The position numbers and the translations under genes were made by a program. DNA of 58,706 bases, the filler included, from Sphacelaria rigidula (taxonomy: Eukaryota), in assembly GCA_964200075.2 (NCBI GenBank). It is 10 parts of 10 records of this genome, joined end to end, with 100 filler letters (N's around TTAATTAATTAA, not from the genome) between each part and the next. Parts side by side here need not be neighbours in the genome. Positions count along the whole stretch, not along the records: positions 41,167 to 46,946 come from CAXNAA020024515.1; positions 47,047 to 52,826 come from CAXNAA020024516.1; positions 52,927 to 58,706 come from CAXNAA020024517.1; 7 more parts are not named here. One strand, written 5' to 3'. How positions within the stretch are numbered: position 1 is the first letter of the stretch; every line of letters starts with the position of its first letter. Shown here piece after piece: positions 46,891 through 58,706 of the stretch. Under the pieces are notes generated by a model that did not search any database, had not been told where the DNA came from, and saw only the letters and a program-made list of their open reading frames with translations.

Positions 46891-49369
46891 ACAAACCCCC
46901 CCCCCCCCCCCGGAGACCCACCGCCGCACGGCTACGGCCCTGGCTGNNNNNNNNNNNNNNNNNNNNNNNNNNNNNNNNNNNNNNNNNNNNTTAATTAATT
47001 AANNNNNNNNNNNNNNNNNNNNNNNNNNNNNNNNNNNNNNNNNNNNCCCCCCCCCCCCCCCCCCCCCCCCCCGAGCTCTGGAAACCCCCGGATGTCTCGG
47101 AACTGTCAGCCTGTACAACTGTTCCGAGGCGACGCTCGTCGTCTAAGGGTTACAACCGAGGAGTTTTGGTGTCTTCCCTGGGTCGAGGAGGAGCATGGGC
47201 TCCGAAAGTATTATTATTTGTTTTTTCTCTTGGAAGAAGGAGGAAACCTCACCCAATACATACCTCGCAAGCGGGTTCGTGTGCCGATCACCCGGAGACT
47301 CGGCTAAACCACCTCGGCTGATCAAGGTCGAGGTAGTCCAGCGTACTACCCGGCGACGCTTTTGGATAGGCGGTTCGAAACAGGGAGGTGATGCCATAGG
47401 ACGGTACTTTATTGGCGGCAAACGGCTTTCCTTATTTTTGGCGGTTAAAACGTAAAAACCTTGACGGAAACGGTGCGACACGTGAATAATTTTTCGGAGG
47501 TAAATGGTTCTTGTTTTTCAGATGGTACAGTGAACGGGTAAACCACAAACTTGGCAGCAATTCTTCAGCGGTAAAACGTTTTCCTGTTTTCGGCGGCAAC
47601 TTGAACAGTGAACCAAACGCTTGGTGGTGGTTTCTTGGCGGTGCATGAGCATACATGTTTTCGGCGGCAAATAACAGTTGAACCCTCGTTCTGACGGTGA
47701 AAAAAGTTGAAAATACGACATTCACCCTCCCGGCGTTTCGGTCGGTATCGTTTTAACGCCCAAACGCGAGTCAAAACCAAAAGACGCAGCCGCGGTCACA
47801 ATGTTTTAGAGTTCATAATTTATGTTCAATCTCCAAAGGAACTTGAGCAGCCTCCTTGAAAAATGCGAAACAAACTATAAACTACAAGATGGCCAGAAGA
47901 CCACTGTGTTCCATGTAAAACATGAAACGACAACGGAACACAAAAGGATAGAAGTCCCCGGAAACAGACTGAAATACGACGCGTGCAGAGGATACCACTC
48001 GCATGACTATTCCGTACATCTATAACGTAAGGTCAAATTACATGTTGGATCTCTTCGCTAGCGTCACCCCCTATTGCGGTGCAACCATGGCTACGCTAGC
48101 TCGCGATCCGGCAATGCTTTTCAAGCGATAAGCCTATATGTACATGCATCATTTCACATTTTTTACCACTTTTGCCGAGTTTTCTCTGGCGACAAGGCAT
48201 CTCTTCCCGCGCTTGTTTTTGCAGCGCACTGAGAAGGCTCAGCGGTACATTACCAGTCAGGTTTGGGTGTCATCTGATTCCTGTGGCGCGTGTTCTGGCC
48301 ACCGAAAGTCGATCAAACTGGCCCTCTTTCACGGGGTGTCGATCCCAAACCACGAAAGCCTCTTCAAGATCATGGAAAACTTGAAACAGGATTACGTTTG
48401 GCGGGGAGTTTTTACCTGTGTTTCTCTTTCTCGCGGTCTCGTTCGTTTGGGAGCACGGACATACCGGTTATGCCGTCAATGTCACGAGAACAGAAGAGCA
48501 GAGCAGTTGAAAACAACTGAACACTGCCTTGGCCTTAGTCAGCAGCAAACACAAGACCGTGCAATGGGCCGTTGGCCAGTTGAGCAAGGCACAGCAGGAC
48601 GGCAGCACAGGAATGTTTTGCCGCAAAAAACAATTACCCTGTTTTAAAAAAAGGCCCGGTGATGTGGAAGCCACAGTGATGTACGAAGAACATGTCAAGA
48701 ATGTTCCACGCATTCCAATTTTCCGGTAAATATCTCCCGCTGTCATGTCATTGTGGCACGGGAGCTACTTTGCACTGTGGCACCTCGGGAATACCACACA
48801 TGTCCTACGTCGGCGGTTCCGCCGTCGGCCTCCGTCCGACTTCCCATATTTCCGAACGACATCCGATAACACATGCGGTGTTTTGTACAGCCACGATTAC
48901 TACTGTACATTGAGATACAACAGCCTCTGCTGATCATATATTTTCGACTTGCGTCACCCTCGGGAGGCCTGTACCAACCTCCTGAAGGGGAACCTTGTAC
49001 TTCGTATTGTTCATAGGCTGTGATGCCATGTGGCGCTACTTTTAATCGCGGTAATGCCATGTTGCAATTACGCGTTATACGGTTGTTGGTATTCTCGCGG
49101 TAATTTACTTTCTTCGCGGTAATGCGCTACAGTATAACGATATGTTTTCGGCGGTAAACCGTGTTTGCTTTTCAGGCGGTAACGAATATGGCCGACAGTG
49201 AAACACGAACAACGGTGGTACACCGCCAAATAATGTAACCATCTACCAGGGCGCTAATTTTACCCGTGCGAAAAATACTGGGTAGGACCCTCGACATTGG
49301 CAGCATATTCACCTGTAGGTCATGCATGACCTGTATGATGTTACGTTACCTTCAACAACGCTTTCGTGA

Positions 49370-49636
49370 AATTGAGAGTTGAAGGTATGATTGAGAGTGA
49401 AGATCGATCAATTAGTAGTATCAATTAGCGAATAAGCCGTTTCAGTTCCGAAATGCACCTCCACCAGGCCCAATGTTCTCTCTGTAGTATTAATAGCTTG
49501 CCACTGAGGCCCTCGATACCCCTGAGCAGGATATCAACGTGTAGCTGTAAGCACATAGCAGTGATGGGACGATGAAAAGCACACAAGAATGAAAAATTTG
49601 TCAAGATAAAGCGAATGATCAAAGCCACTCTCAATC
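49370..49636 (+). repeat. GATTGAGAGTG...CACTCTCAATC element copy
   Basis: 11-bp inverted ends at 49389-49399 and 49626-49636; homologous to the copies in scaffolds 2 and 4. Confidence 0.8.
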
Positions 49637-49703
49637 CGCACCCAACTCTGAATCTAACGAAAACCTTGTTCTTCATGCACACTCAGCTTACTGTAGGCTT
49701 GAA

Positions 49704-49965
49704 TCACCTGGGTTCAGTGTGGTATCAAGTTCACGTGATTCCAGTGTGGTCACTAACTACTTGGTTTCAGTGTAGGTGATGAATACTTGGTTTCAGTATT
49801 GTCAATAACTTATAGGTTTCAGTATAACCAATAACCACTTGGATCCAGTGTTTCCAGCAACTACTTGAAGTGTTGTCCACAACAACGTGGTTTCAGTGTG
49901 ATCTACGATACTTGTATAACAACTTCGGTCTAGTGTTGCCAAAAACTACTTGGTTTTAGTGAGAT
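49704..49965 (+). repeat. Degenerate ~26-27-bp minisatellite, about 10 units
   Basis: Recurring core ACTTGGTTTCAGTGT. Confidence 0.85.
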
Positions 49966-51610
49966 CAGTAAGTACCCCCCCTCTCAGCCTTGCCAATACG
50001 TGTGGTGAGCTTTTCCTACATTTGAGGGCTATGAGTCCTGGCCTGCAGTTGGTAGGGCCCCTTGCATGTGGGAAAGATGCCGAGGCCGAGGCTATACGCC
50101 ACGATTTGTGTTGCTATCCGCTGCTGTTACGATACTGCTGCTCAGTACCTGGAATTTTCGCTGAGACAATCCCGAGAATAAACAAGCGCAGCATCTGTCA
50201 AGATTTTTCTTGGTCCACAAATCCGTGCACACAACGCTAAACCGAGCAACATTCAGCGCCACGAGTATACAATGCGCCCACACCGCAAACGAGCTTCCAA
50301 TACGGCGGGGGGTGGAATCCATCATGCCCTTAAAAAATGGTTTCTTTCGCACCCTTTGACGCCGGAGTCGTAAAGGCGGCCCACTTTGCCCGTCAGGTTC
50401 CACTTGGCGGCTGGATCCTTTCCGGTTGGCGAGAACACCTCAACAAATTCTCCATCTTGGTACGAAGACTGGAACATGATTCTACTCCCTCTTGCTCTCG
50501 TCCACACTCACCAACGAACAGTAGTACCAGGCCACAGCGTTGTGCAGCGGACTGATCTGTACTACCTCACTCGTCGGCGGATTTTGAATCCAGCTGGTAG
50601 TCCCACGAACGGATGTCAATTTTAGTTTCCTGGAAATGTGAATGATATCCACCGTGCACTTGACACGCAGCCGGACTGATACGTTACTTCTATGAATCTC
50701 AAACACTCTCAACCTATTACACACATTATTATTTCAAATGCCTCCGCCCTGGGTGTGTCCGGACCTTAGGGTATCTTGCAACCGCGGGTCTGACCATCAT
50801 GTACGAGCTACAGAATGTGACGATGGTGAGCACCGTTCACGTTCACCGTACTCAAAAGCACAAATACAGTGCCGTTCGCTGCGATTACAAGGCAGCTTCG
50901 ATATGAGCTCGCCGTTCGGGATAAAAACAGAAGAGGAGCGCGAATTGGCGCAGGCGTTGTCCACCTGCACCTTCAGTCACTTCAAGGTCAGCTATCGGTT
51001 TTGTGTACATGTCCCCCCTCAACATCCATATCACAGCAGCAGTTGACTTGATAGTGGCAACAGTAAGACTGTGGTCTTTCGCTGCGCTGCAGTTGCGCAT
51101 ACGATCACAACTGAAGAAGCTGGGATCGTCTGCAATTATGCTGCTCACCAGTAACCCATAACCCATTCTGCACCGCACGGCACTCCGTAACTTATGATTT
51201 AACAAATGTGCCCATATGTGACGGAATATAACACCCCCTAGGTGATACCCCCTAGGCGATACATTCTGAATTCAACTTGATCTTCTCGAAATCGAAAATC
51301 GTGCTCTTGCAAAAATTTCCATTGGCCTCTTCTTATGGCAAACAAGAAAATCCTGTAAGAGCTGGGCCAGCCTAGAGGCGAATCTATGGGTTGCGGGCCC
51401 ATTCTCACTTCAATTTTGAGAGTTGACGTTGAAAAAATGGCAGGGAGTGTGAGCAGGGCATGAAGAAAGTATCCTTGACCATGAAGATTTCGTTTTTTCA
51501 GGAGTTACCCCTTGGACCGCGACGGTTGGTCACCTACTACAATATTCAATATTCACTTGAAAAAGTAAAAAGTACGCGTGATCCAGGTGGACTACCCGCA
51601 CGACGGTCGA

Positions 51611-51978
51611 AGGCCCATTTGTATGGCAACCAATCCGTATTTGTACAAATATGAGCATTTCAGCCCGCTTACAGGCGATTTCCCCCCGTGAATTGGTTTT
51701 TCGGATCACGGTCCGTTGGGCAATGTTTTTCGGCTAGCTGTAAGAAAATCAGATCTATTCTCCGATTCTCTGGACGTTGACTTTTGGTTCATCGCCTTTC
51801 TGCTCGGATCGGGAGACTCCCGCATCTCCCCTAAATCGGGCCCCCTCACTCATAGCTAGCTGAAAATCATTGCCAGACTGGGGGCCGATAAGACAATCCG
51901 CGGGAGAAAATCGCCCGTGAACGGACTTAAGTGCTCATATTTGTATAAATACGGATTGGTTGACATACAAAATGGTCT
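51611..51978. mobile_element. MITE with long (~130-bp) imperfect TIRs
   Basis: CATTTGTATGGCAACCAATCCGTATTTGTACAAATATGAGCA is mirrored by TGCTCATATTTGTATAAATACGGATTGGTTGACATACAAAATG. TSD unclear. Confidence 0.75.
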
Positions 51979-52926
51979 AGGGGCCAAGATCAGTATTTTC
52001 TAAAAAATTGAGGTAAGAATGGACGATTTAGAACTCAGGCTGGTCGAAATTCAGAACAGTATTTTGCCGGTCGTATACCGACCCAAAAATCGCTAGGGAG
52101 TAGTGAACTAGCAAAGTGTGACATGCTAATATTTTCATTTTCTTCATGAGTTCAGGATATATGAGCACAGTGAACACCATTTTCACGAGAACGTCCTTAA
52201 ACTCATGAACAAAAGAAGAATGAAGTACTACCCCTAGGCGTGGGACAAGTAGTCTCGGCAGCCACCGACTTGGCCGTGGGACGTGCCTAGACAGTTCGTT
52301 ATTGTGTGGAGAGAGACTGCAGGGTCGAGATGAGAAGTAAACTGCAGGGGGTGTAGGAAGAGACGCCGGCTGGAGTTGGAGTATGACTATTACCGCGGGG
52401 ACAGGATAGACAATGAGCCGAGAGGACACAAATGTGTTCCAGAGGGAAGGTTTCCGAAACTATGCCAGAGACATGAAAATTCATGGAACGGAGCGGAGGG
52501 ATCCATAAGATATTCTCGGAAACATGCCGAGGGAAATATGATCCCGTTGCTGTTGTGGATCCATAAGATATTCTCGGAACTACACTGGTACTCACAGACG
52601 GCTCACTTTTTTTGTTCTCAGCATGTCCTTCCGATTCTCCATACTCGATTTCAAATTACAATTCAAACATTAACCCTTTGGGAACCCTCCCCTCCCGTCC
52701 CCGGTCCAGACGCCTCATTATTTCAAGTGCTGACAAAGAAGAAAAGATGAAAAAAGAAAATACCGACGACAACCATTATTATGCCGGAAGGCCACAGAAG
52801 AATCCGCCGACATACGTCATGTTTGCNNNNNNNNNNNNNNNNNNNNNNNNNNNNNNNNNNNNNNNNNNNNTTAATTAATTAANNNNNNNNNNNNNNNNNN
52901 NNNNNNNNNNNNNNNNNNNNNNNNNN

Positions 52927-53022
<96 letters not shown>

Positions 53023-53040
53023 TCGTTGTCGTTGTTGTCG
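52927..53040. repeat. Compound microsatellite (TTG)n(TTGTCG)n
   Basis: Read directly from the sequence. Confidence 0.97.
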
Positions 53041-53624
53041 TCCAATATCCCGTAATTTCATATTTGTAGTGCTTGACCCAGTCCTAGCCTTGGTCCCTAC
53101 TGCTTCCCAGACGCAAGTCGCTCACTTGATTTGACAGCATTTGTGAGCATCCTGTGTCACTGCGCTCGGTGGCGCTCAACCGTAGCCCGAACCGCGATCC
53201 TGATGTACTCTACGCCTCTGAGCTTCTGCCCTCCCCCGCGACCTCTCCGCTACGTGCGTCTCTCACTGCGACGTTTGCGGCGCCCTCTGTACCTCACACA
53301 CAGGCTGGAAGAATGGGTCATCGCCGAGAATGGCGGCAGCGTAAGAAAGACGATCGTGTGCGAAGGGCGGTGTGGTACAACGCACTGGATCTAGCGGTGC
53401 GGCTGATGGCAAACGGCCATGTGTAAAAGGCTTCATAATCGTGAATGTCTCACTTCTTGGCGTCGCTACACTCTATCGCTCGCTCATATCTAAATTTTAC
53501 TTGTAAATGTATCTGCCAACTCCAGGCGTGGTTCGACATATATCGTTGGCCTTTGTGTTCACTTCCGTAGGTCCAGGTTAGCCCCCCCCTCCCGCCATAT
53601 CTTCGATCTTACCTGCTTCTCCAG

Positions 53625-54945
53625 GGACTGGCGCCTGCGCTGAAGTCGGACACAGTGGAAGAGCAAGCTCTCAGGAAGGTGCCGAGATTGGCTCGTGAGC
53701 GTCCTCGGAAGTACATCACGCTGAATAGAGAGGACGACGCCTGGGTTCCTGGCAAGCTTGACGGACGGAAGGTGAGCAAAACAAATATACTCGATATCTC
53801 TGTTGTCTTTGCGGTAGAGTGGAGTGCTTCAATGGCGGGCGCTTTCGGCCAGTGGGGCAACATGAGTTAGCATCGTTTCTGCGCGACGGCAATGGAAACA
53901 TGCGCCGCTTCAAAGACGCCTTGGATCCGAGAAGGTTTTGGACTGTCGCCAAATATGTGAACGAGCGAACATGTTCGCAGCTGCTCCACTTCATGAAGAT
54001 CTGCGTTTTGGCACTGGGACAGTCGTTTCAAGAATTCATCCACGATGAAGCGTGGGCTACGTGCTGGAGTGGGCTTCTCCCGAGAGTATCACTATTCTTT
54101 TTGACGCGCCACGAGTCCGTGTCACGCCCGCTGCTAGATGGCGCAAGTTCGATATTCGTGCTATACGGTACTCAAGATGGGTCGACTACGAGTAGAAATA
54201 TACCCATTCGTGAGAATTTAACGTACGATGGAAAGGCCTCGACCGTGAAACACACGCCGTCGCCTTGACGTTGAATTGATGGTTTCCAGGGAACCGTCAA
54301 ACGCGGATTTAACTTCGGTGCTATGCACGAACTGAGGGACCAAGCTCGGAGGGGAGGGGTGCGGTTGCCGGGACGTCATTCTGTGATCACCTCTCACCGG
54401 AGTATTTACACCGACCCCGTCTACGACATGAAAGAGTTCGTCAAGCCGAAGAACATAATCCGCGTCAAAGGTAGATCGCTGCTGAGAATTTTCCGACTTA
54501 AGAGGCGTACGCTTTTATCAGCCGGAAGTTGAATAAACTGAAATATGTTCGCCTCAATAATCCCGAGACCAAGAATAAGCTCGCAGCTTGCATTCGATAC
54601 GCTTCGGTCGTTACCCTGTCGCGACCCATGTCTCCTCTGGGGCCTTGAAAGGGCAACTGCTGACTAACCCAAGGCTATTCATAGGAGCTGCGTGGTGCCA
54701 TGGCGGCAATCCATGGAACCTGAGACCACCTGTTACTACGATAACCTCGTCGCATTGCTGCTCTGCCTGTCTACGTCTTTGTGGCTTGAATTAATAATTT
54801 GGGGGCGAGTGTTAGATCATATCTTCAAGGTGAAGGAAGTTCTGCCGGACCGTATCACGGTAGACCACGTGTGGCGGAGCAGCGATGAAAGCGGGGTATT
54901 GCTCTACAAGATGGTTCTCAGTTCGCGGCAGAAGATGCTTTTCGA
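53625..54945 (+). pseudogene. Multi-exon gene remnant of unknown identity (candidate exons 53625-53771, 54290-54470, 54685-54945)
   Basis: Pyrimidine-rich AG acceptors, GTGAG/GTAGA/GTAAG donors and a branch site CTGACTAAC at 54660-54668. The first two exons are stop-free; the third needs a frameshift. Confidence 0.45.
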
Positions 54946-55012
54946 GTAAGATCATGTTTTCATATCACACGTCCCAATGATCAACTCTCCCCTACGTCTT
55001 CCATCTCGTATT

Positions 55013-55370
55013 TTACATGTATTTGAAGCACATCGCTGCGGTAGCATGAGTAATGCCAACGCCCCGGTTGCGGTATAGGCTTCCAGGTACACGATGCGGG
55101 CGGTGCTTAACCCCGAGAAACACAGACTCCTCCCCACCTTTAAAATTGCTCCAACTCTTGATTGAAGTTTCGAGCCTGTCGCCGTCTTGCAAGCTGTAAT
55201 ATACCCCCACAGCGATGCCCAGCATAGTCAGACTTGGGGCGTTCAGTCTGTTTACTGCTTGTTTGATTTCGACATAGCTCTTTCCCGTCTCCTGCTTTAC
55301 GATCAGGCGGTGAAACAAACCTCGATTGTTTTCGTACAGGCCGAAGGAAGGTCTGGTACATTGTGAGGCG
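55013..55370 (-). pseudogene. Protein-like open frame, unknown
   Basis: GLYENNRGLFHRLIVKQETGKSYVEIKQAVNRLNAPSLTMLGIAVGVYYSLQDG reads as a globular protein; no family recognised. Confidence 0.25.
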
Positions 55371-55699
55371 CGTCTCACAATATCGGTGTGGAGAACTGAC
55401 AGCGACATCACAGCAGCGCAAACGCCGAAACAGACGCTCGACGTGTCGCGCGAGCTTACGTGCACAGCTTGACCTGCTTGATTCACCGCCTAACCCATGC
55501 GCAACCTACCGACCCCGAAAACAAATCGCAGTGCTGGCGGCGCCCTGCTGGCCTCTCAGCCGGTGCAGTACGGTATGGAGGTGAGATCCCGCCTTTTGGG
55601 GTAAGGGTTCGGCGACATTTTGCTACAGCAACCCGACACACTCGCCAACGGAACAGTTGGAATTAGTGCGCGGTTTAAACGGTATCTTCCGCCGCAATG

Positions 55700-55780
55700 G
55701 CCCCGGTGGTATAATGGTCCGACTGTCGCCATTAGGGTGGAGAGAACGAGGGTTCGATTCCGGATGCGTTGGGGTTTTTT
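55700..55780 (+). ncRNA. tRNA-derived pseudogene or SINE head (not a canonical tRNA)
   Basis: A-box-like TGGTATAATGGT, B-box GGTTCGATTCC, partial acceptor stem GCCCCGG/TTGGGGT, then a T-run. Anticodon and T arms pair poorly. Confidence 0.5.
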
Positions 55781-55923
55781 CTTCATATTGTCTGATTTTC
55801 ATCTTGGAGAGCGTGAGAACGTGAGTAAACAAAGTAGTCGACAGAGTGTGTTAAACGTGAGTTGACGCGGTGCGGGAGTGCTGATCCACTCCGCGAGACC
55901 AAAGAGCAAGGCGTGTACAGGGT

Positions 55924-58686
55924 GGGGACATGGATTGATCCCTTGAGACCACGGACTCATCCCGAGGAAGGGGAGGGGTTCAGAGTGCGACAAACGAAAA
56001 CGAACGAAACGAAATGGGCACGCCGACGACAGCCACCAACGGCTCCGTCAAAGAGATCCCACACAGTACAGTAGATCGACTGCACCTGCCGATGAGCAGT
56101 CGTTTCTCACGGTGTCAGGCGCCAACTATATGGCACGGCTATATTTTTTGGAGAGCGGCAATAGTATCTCTATATGAACAGGTGAGACATCGCCTTTGAA
56201 GGCACTCTCGGTTGACCTTGCTATCCATCCACCTCGCAGTATATCCCGAGCCCCATTCCCTCTTTGGCACGTGAATGAATAAATCATTTCCCGACAGATC
56301 GCGTTGGTGGTGCACGAGGATGTTGTGAACCGTGTGCTGAGGAAAGTGGTGACGGTGTCGAAGAAGAAGCGGCATAAGCGGGTGTACCGATTGGCCAAGC
56401 GTATCGTTAAGCGCCAAGAGGAAAGTGTCCGCGCGCTCAAGCTACGACTCAGCGCCGCTCAGTTTGGCCTTGACAGGTGAAGGGCGACACACCACGCGTC
56501 CGGCGAGCAAATTGAAGTCGAAGGACGTGTGTGCGGTAGGAGAGAGTAATCTGCGAGACTGGTTTCTGAGTCATTCCGTGCAGGAGATCCTGGTAGCATG
56601 CTGGATTTCTGAGATCATATTTAGAACCGCGCACTGAAGTCGCGGATAGTCGCGGACATCCTGCAGCTAATAAATCGTTTCTACTATCGCGACAGTCGCA
56701 ACTGGGGTAGGCAGGGGCGAGATGTTTGCCTGTACTTTGGGCCCCCCTGCGCCCCGCCCTCCTCAGCGGCATACAAAACTTGGTACAACTTGGGAGTGAA
56801 GCGTGGAACTGAGGGCTCCTTGCATACAGTATACACTTCGAAGTATGAGCATATTGCACATTTAGAGTACATGGCGTATATGGCATATCTGGCGTTCTAG
56901 ATGGTGAGAAAGGCATTTTGGCGAACCTGTGTTCCCTGCTCGTGGGATTGACTTGGCAAACTCCTTGCACCTGGGTGGCCTCTTGCCGTCATCACACAAC
57001 TATCTCAGGAGTGCGGGCTGCGGTGATGTGGGTACCATCGGGCGCATGCCATGCAAAGAGTTGAGACACTTCTGAAAAGTAGTACTCCCCATTCATATAA
57101 TACCAGGCTCGGAACCCAAGAGAGAGGCAGGACAATGACGCCGGAGTACATTACCGCATGTATTGTACTGCGTAAGAAATCTTCCGCGGGTGTATCCGCG
57201 CCGTTGCATCAGTCACCAACCGTCCGGCGTTGCCTTCCGTCGCATGCAATATGCGTATCGACACGCTGGTGACCAAAACACCCACTCGCCCGTGGTTTCG
57301 CATCATACAGCTCGGTGGGAGAAGGCGAGGTCGCCACTGATGATGCCAATGCAATACCATCGGACGAGATCATGGGATGGACAGAGAGTTATGACAAGGT
57401 GGGCGTGGCTGCGTGCAGTTGCGGTGAATGCTACCGGACTACGGGTATGGCGGAAGTACGCACCCTCCGACCCGCACATGTCTCCGTTACTGACAAAGAT
57501 CTCCCATCATACAGTAGCAAGCAATGTCGTGATAATGTAACGCTACCGACGCCACCAAACAGTAGACGGTGGGACTCTGGAGTCATGGTCATGTTGGAGT
57601 TCACTTGTCTATCATGCTTACTATGCGCTGACCCCCGCCCCAAGTTCCACGCGCACTCAGGAACACCGGATACAAGTAGTCTCGTCTTTGCACAATGCTT
57701 CGACCAATGGCGTAGTGGACAATGTCAAAGCGAACAGCCAAAAAAAACTTGATATGAAGTGTATCCCACCAAACATTCCCGTCATCGGGGTGCTGGCTGT
57801 TTGCAGTTATTCTTTCATCACCGGACCCGTGCACTAAAACCATCGTTCGTCAAAATCACTAATTTGACGCTTTCTGGTGGATGCAAACAGCGATTGAATG
57901 CTCCAGTCAGCAGCTTTACCCCCCCCTCCCCCCCCTCCCGGTCTTATGACTACGGCATGCATGATCATGAGTACCCCCTCCCCCCCCTCCCCCACCTCAA
58001 CCTTTCATTCGTTTGGCATTTTATCTCATTCTTCAGACAACCGGGAGGGTGGTGTGGCGCAACACAGGGACGGGCGAAATAAGCACCACCAGGCCGGACG
58101 GTATGAGGGAGAAGCAAAGAATGGTCGAAGAGTTGGATAAGCAGAAGGAGTCGCTACGCAGAAAGAGGGTGGCGAGAAAGAGATAGAACACTTGTGTCGG
58201 TGTGATGAATATTGTTTAGGCAGAAACGCCCCTAGTGCAATGGTGAAACTCTCCAGTCTCTTGTTCCTTCGTCGACGTATCTTCATGTATTGTGAATGGT
58301 TGCCAGTTTACTATATGTAGCTCACCGTTGACCGCTATTTCGTTTCATCAACACTGTTGTTGAGGAAAAAGCAGCAGCCGTGGGTGTGCGGCTTCAAAAT
58401 ATCTGGTATCCGAAGCTCAGTTAGTTACTTACTTAGTACGACTACACAGCAATGCGGCGCGTGCTCTGTCGACACCCACGGGAAGTGTTTTTTTCAACGA
58501 TTGTGGGAATTCGTCCGATGTGGAATTTGGGATATTCGTTTCGGAAGCAGCTGTTGCTTCATTTCCGTGCCCAAGACGTTCGTTTCGAGTAATGTTTTTC
58601 TATTTTTTTTTTTGTCGCGCGACTTTGAACCCCTCTCCTTCCTCGGGACGAGTCCGTGGTCTCAAGGGATCAACCCATCTCTCCCC
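55924..58686. mobile_element. Candidate ~2.8-kb element bounded by ~60-bp inverted repeats (55924-55981 / 58627-58686)
   Basis: ATGGATTGATCCCTTGAGACCACGGACTCATCCCGAGGAAGG is mirrored at the scaffold end. The interior has spliced coding-like remnants. Confidence 0.5.
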
Positions 58687-58706
58687 GGTACTGTTTAGCC
58701 CCCCCC

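Noticed and set aside
46724..47150. Continuity of one repeat across the scaffold 8/9 spacer
   Set aside because: Scaffolds are size-sorted, so both are independent copies of a family broken at its poly-C tract.
49704..49965. CRISPR-like array
   Set aside because: Repeats are degenerate, linkers are ~11 bp and related to each other, there are no cas genes, and the context is eukaryotic.
52879..53061. Poly-Q/QR protein
   Set aside because: Translation of a microsatellite at a scaffold edge.

Overview
This window is not one locus. It is ten unrelated short scaffolds of 5781 or 5780 bp, sorted by length and joined by artificial 100-bp spacers (N44-TTAATTAATTAA-N44). The scaffolds are 1-5781, 5882-11662, 11763-17543, 17644-23424, 23525-29305, 29406-35186, 35287-41066, 41167-46946, 47047-52826 and 52927-58706. 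The DNA is eukaryotic and repeat-rich, with GT-AG introns, CTRAC-type branch points, Ty3/Gypsy remnants, MITEs and TTAGGG-like repeats. A stramenopile source, probably a brown alga, is my inference only. I see no intact host gene, rRNA, true tRNA or CRISPR array, and most six-frame ORFs are shadow or low-complexity ORFs. Best-supported content: (1) a degenerate Ty3/Gypsy element in scaffold 5 in circularly permuted order (RNaseH-INT-LTR-PBS-RT); its two ends rejoin in frame across one AAAA target-site duplication (TSD) of a GAG-terminated DNA transposon, and its integrase tail has a chromo-like plus a Tudor-like segment. (2) A complete 1004-bp TRIM-like element with a 4-bp TSD and the identical 17-nt tRNA primer-binding site (PBS). 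(3) Gag/protease/RT fragments and a gag-like ORF family in scaffolds 2, 6 and 7. (4) Several structurally defined MITEs: piggyBac-like, CACTA-like, PIF/Harbinger-like with an empty paralogous site, and one carrying telomere-like repeats. (5) Unidentified spliced gene remnants in scaffold 10. I found no clear new biological system; the leads are transposon-architecture observations.
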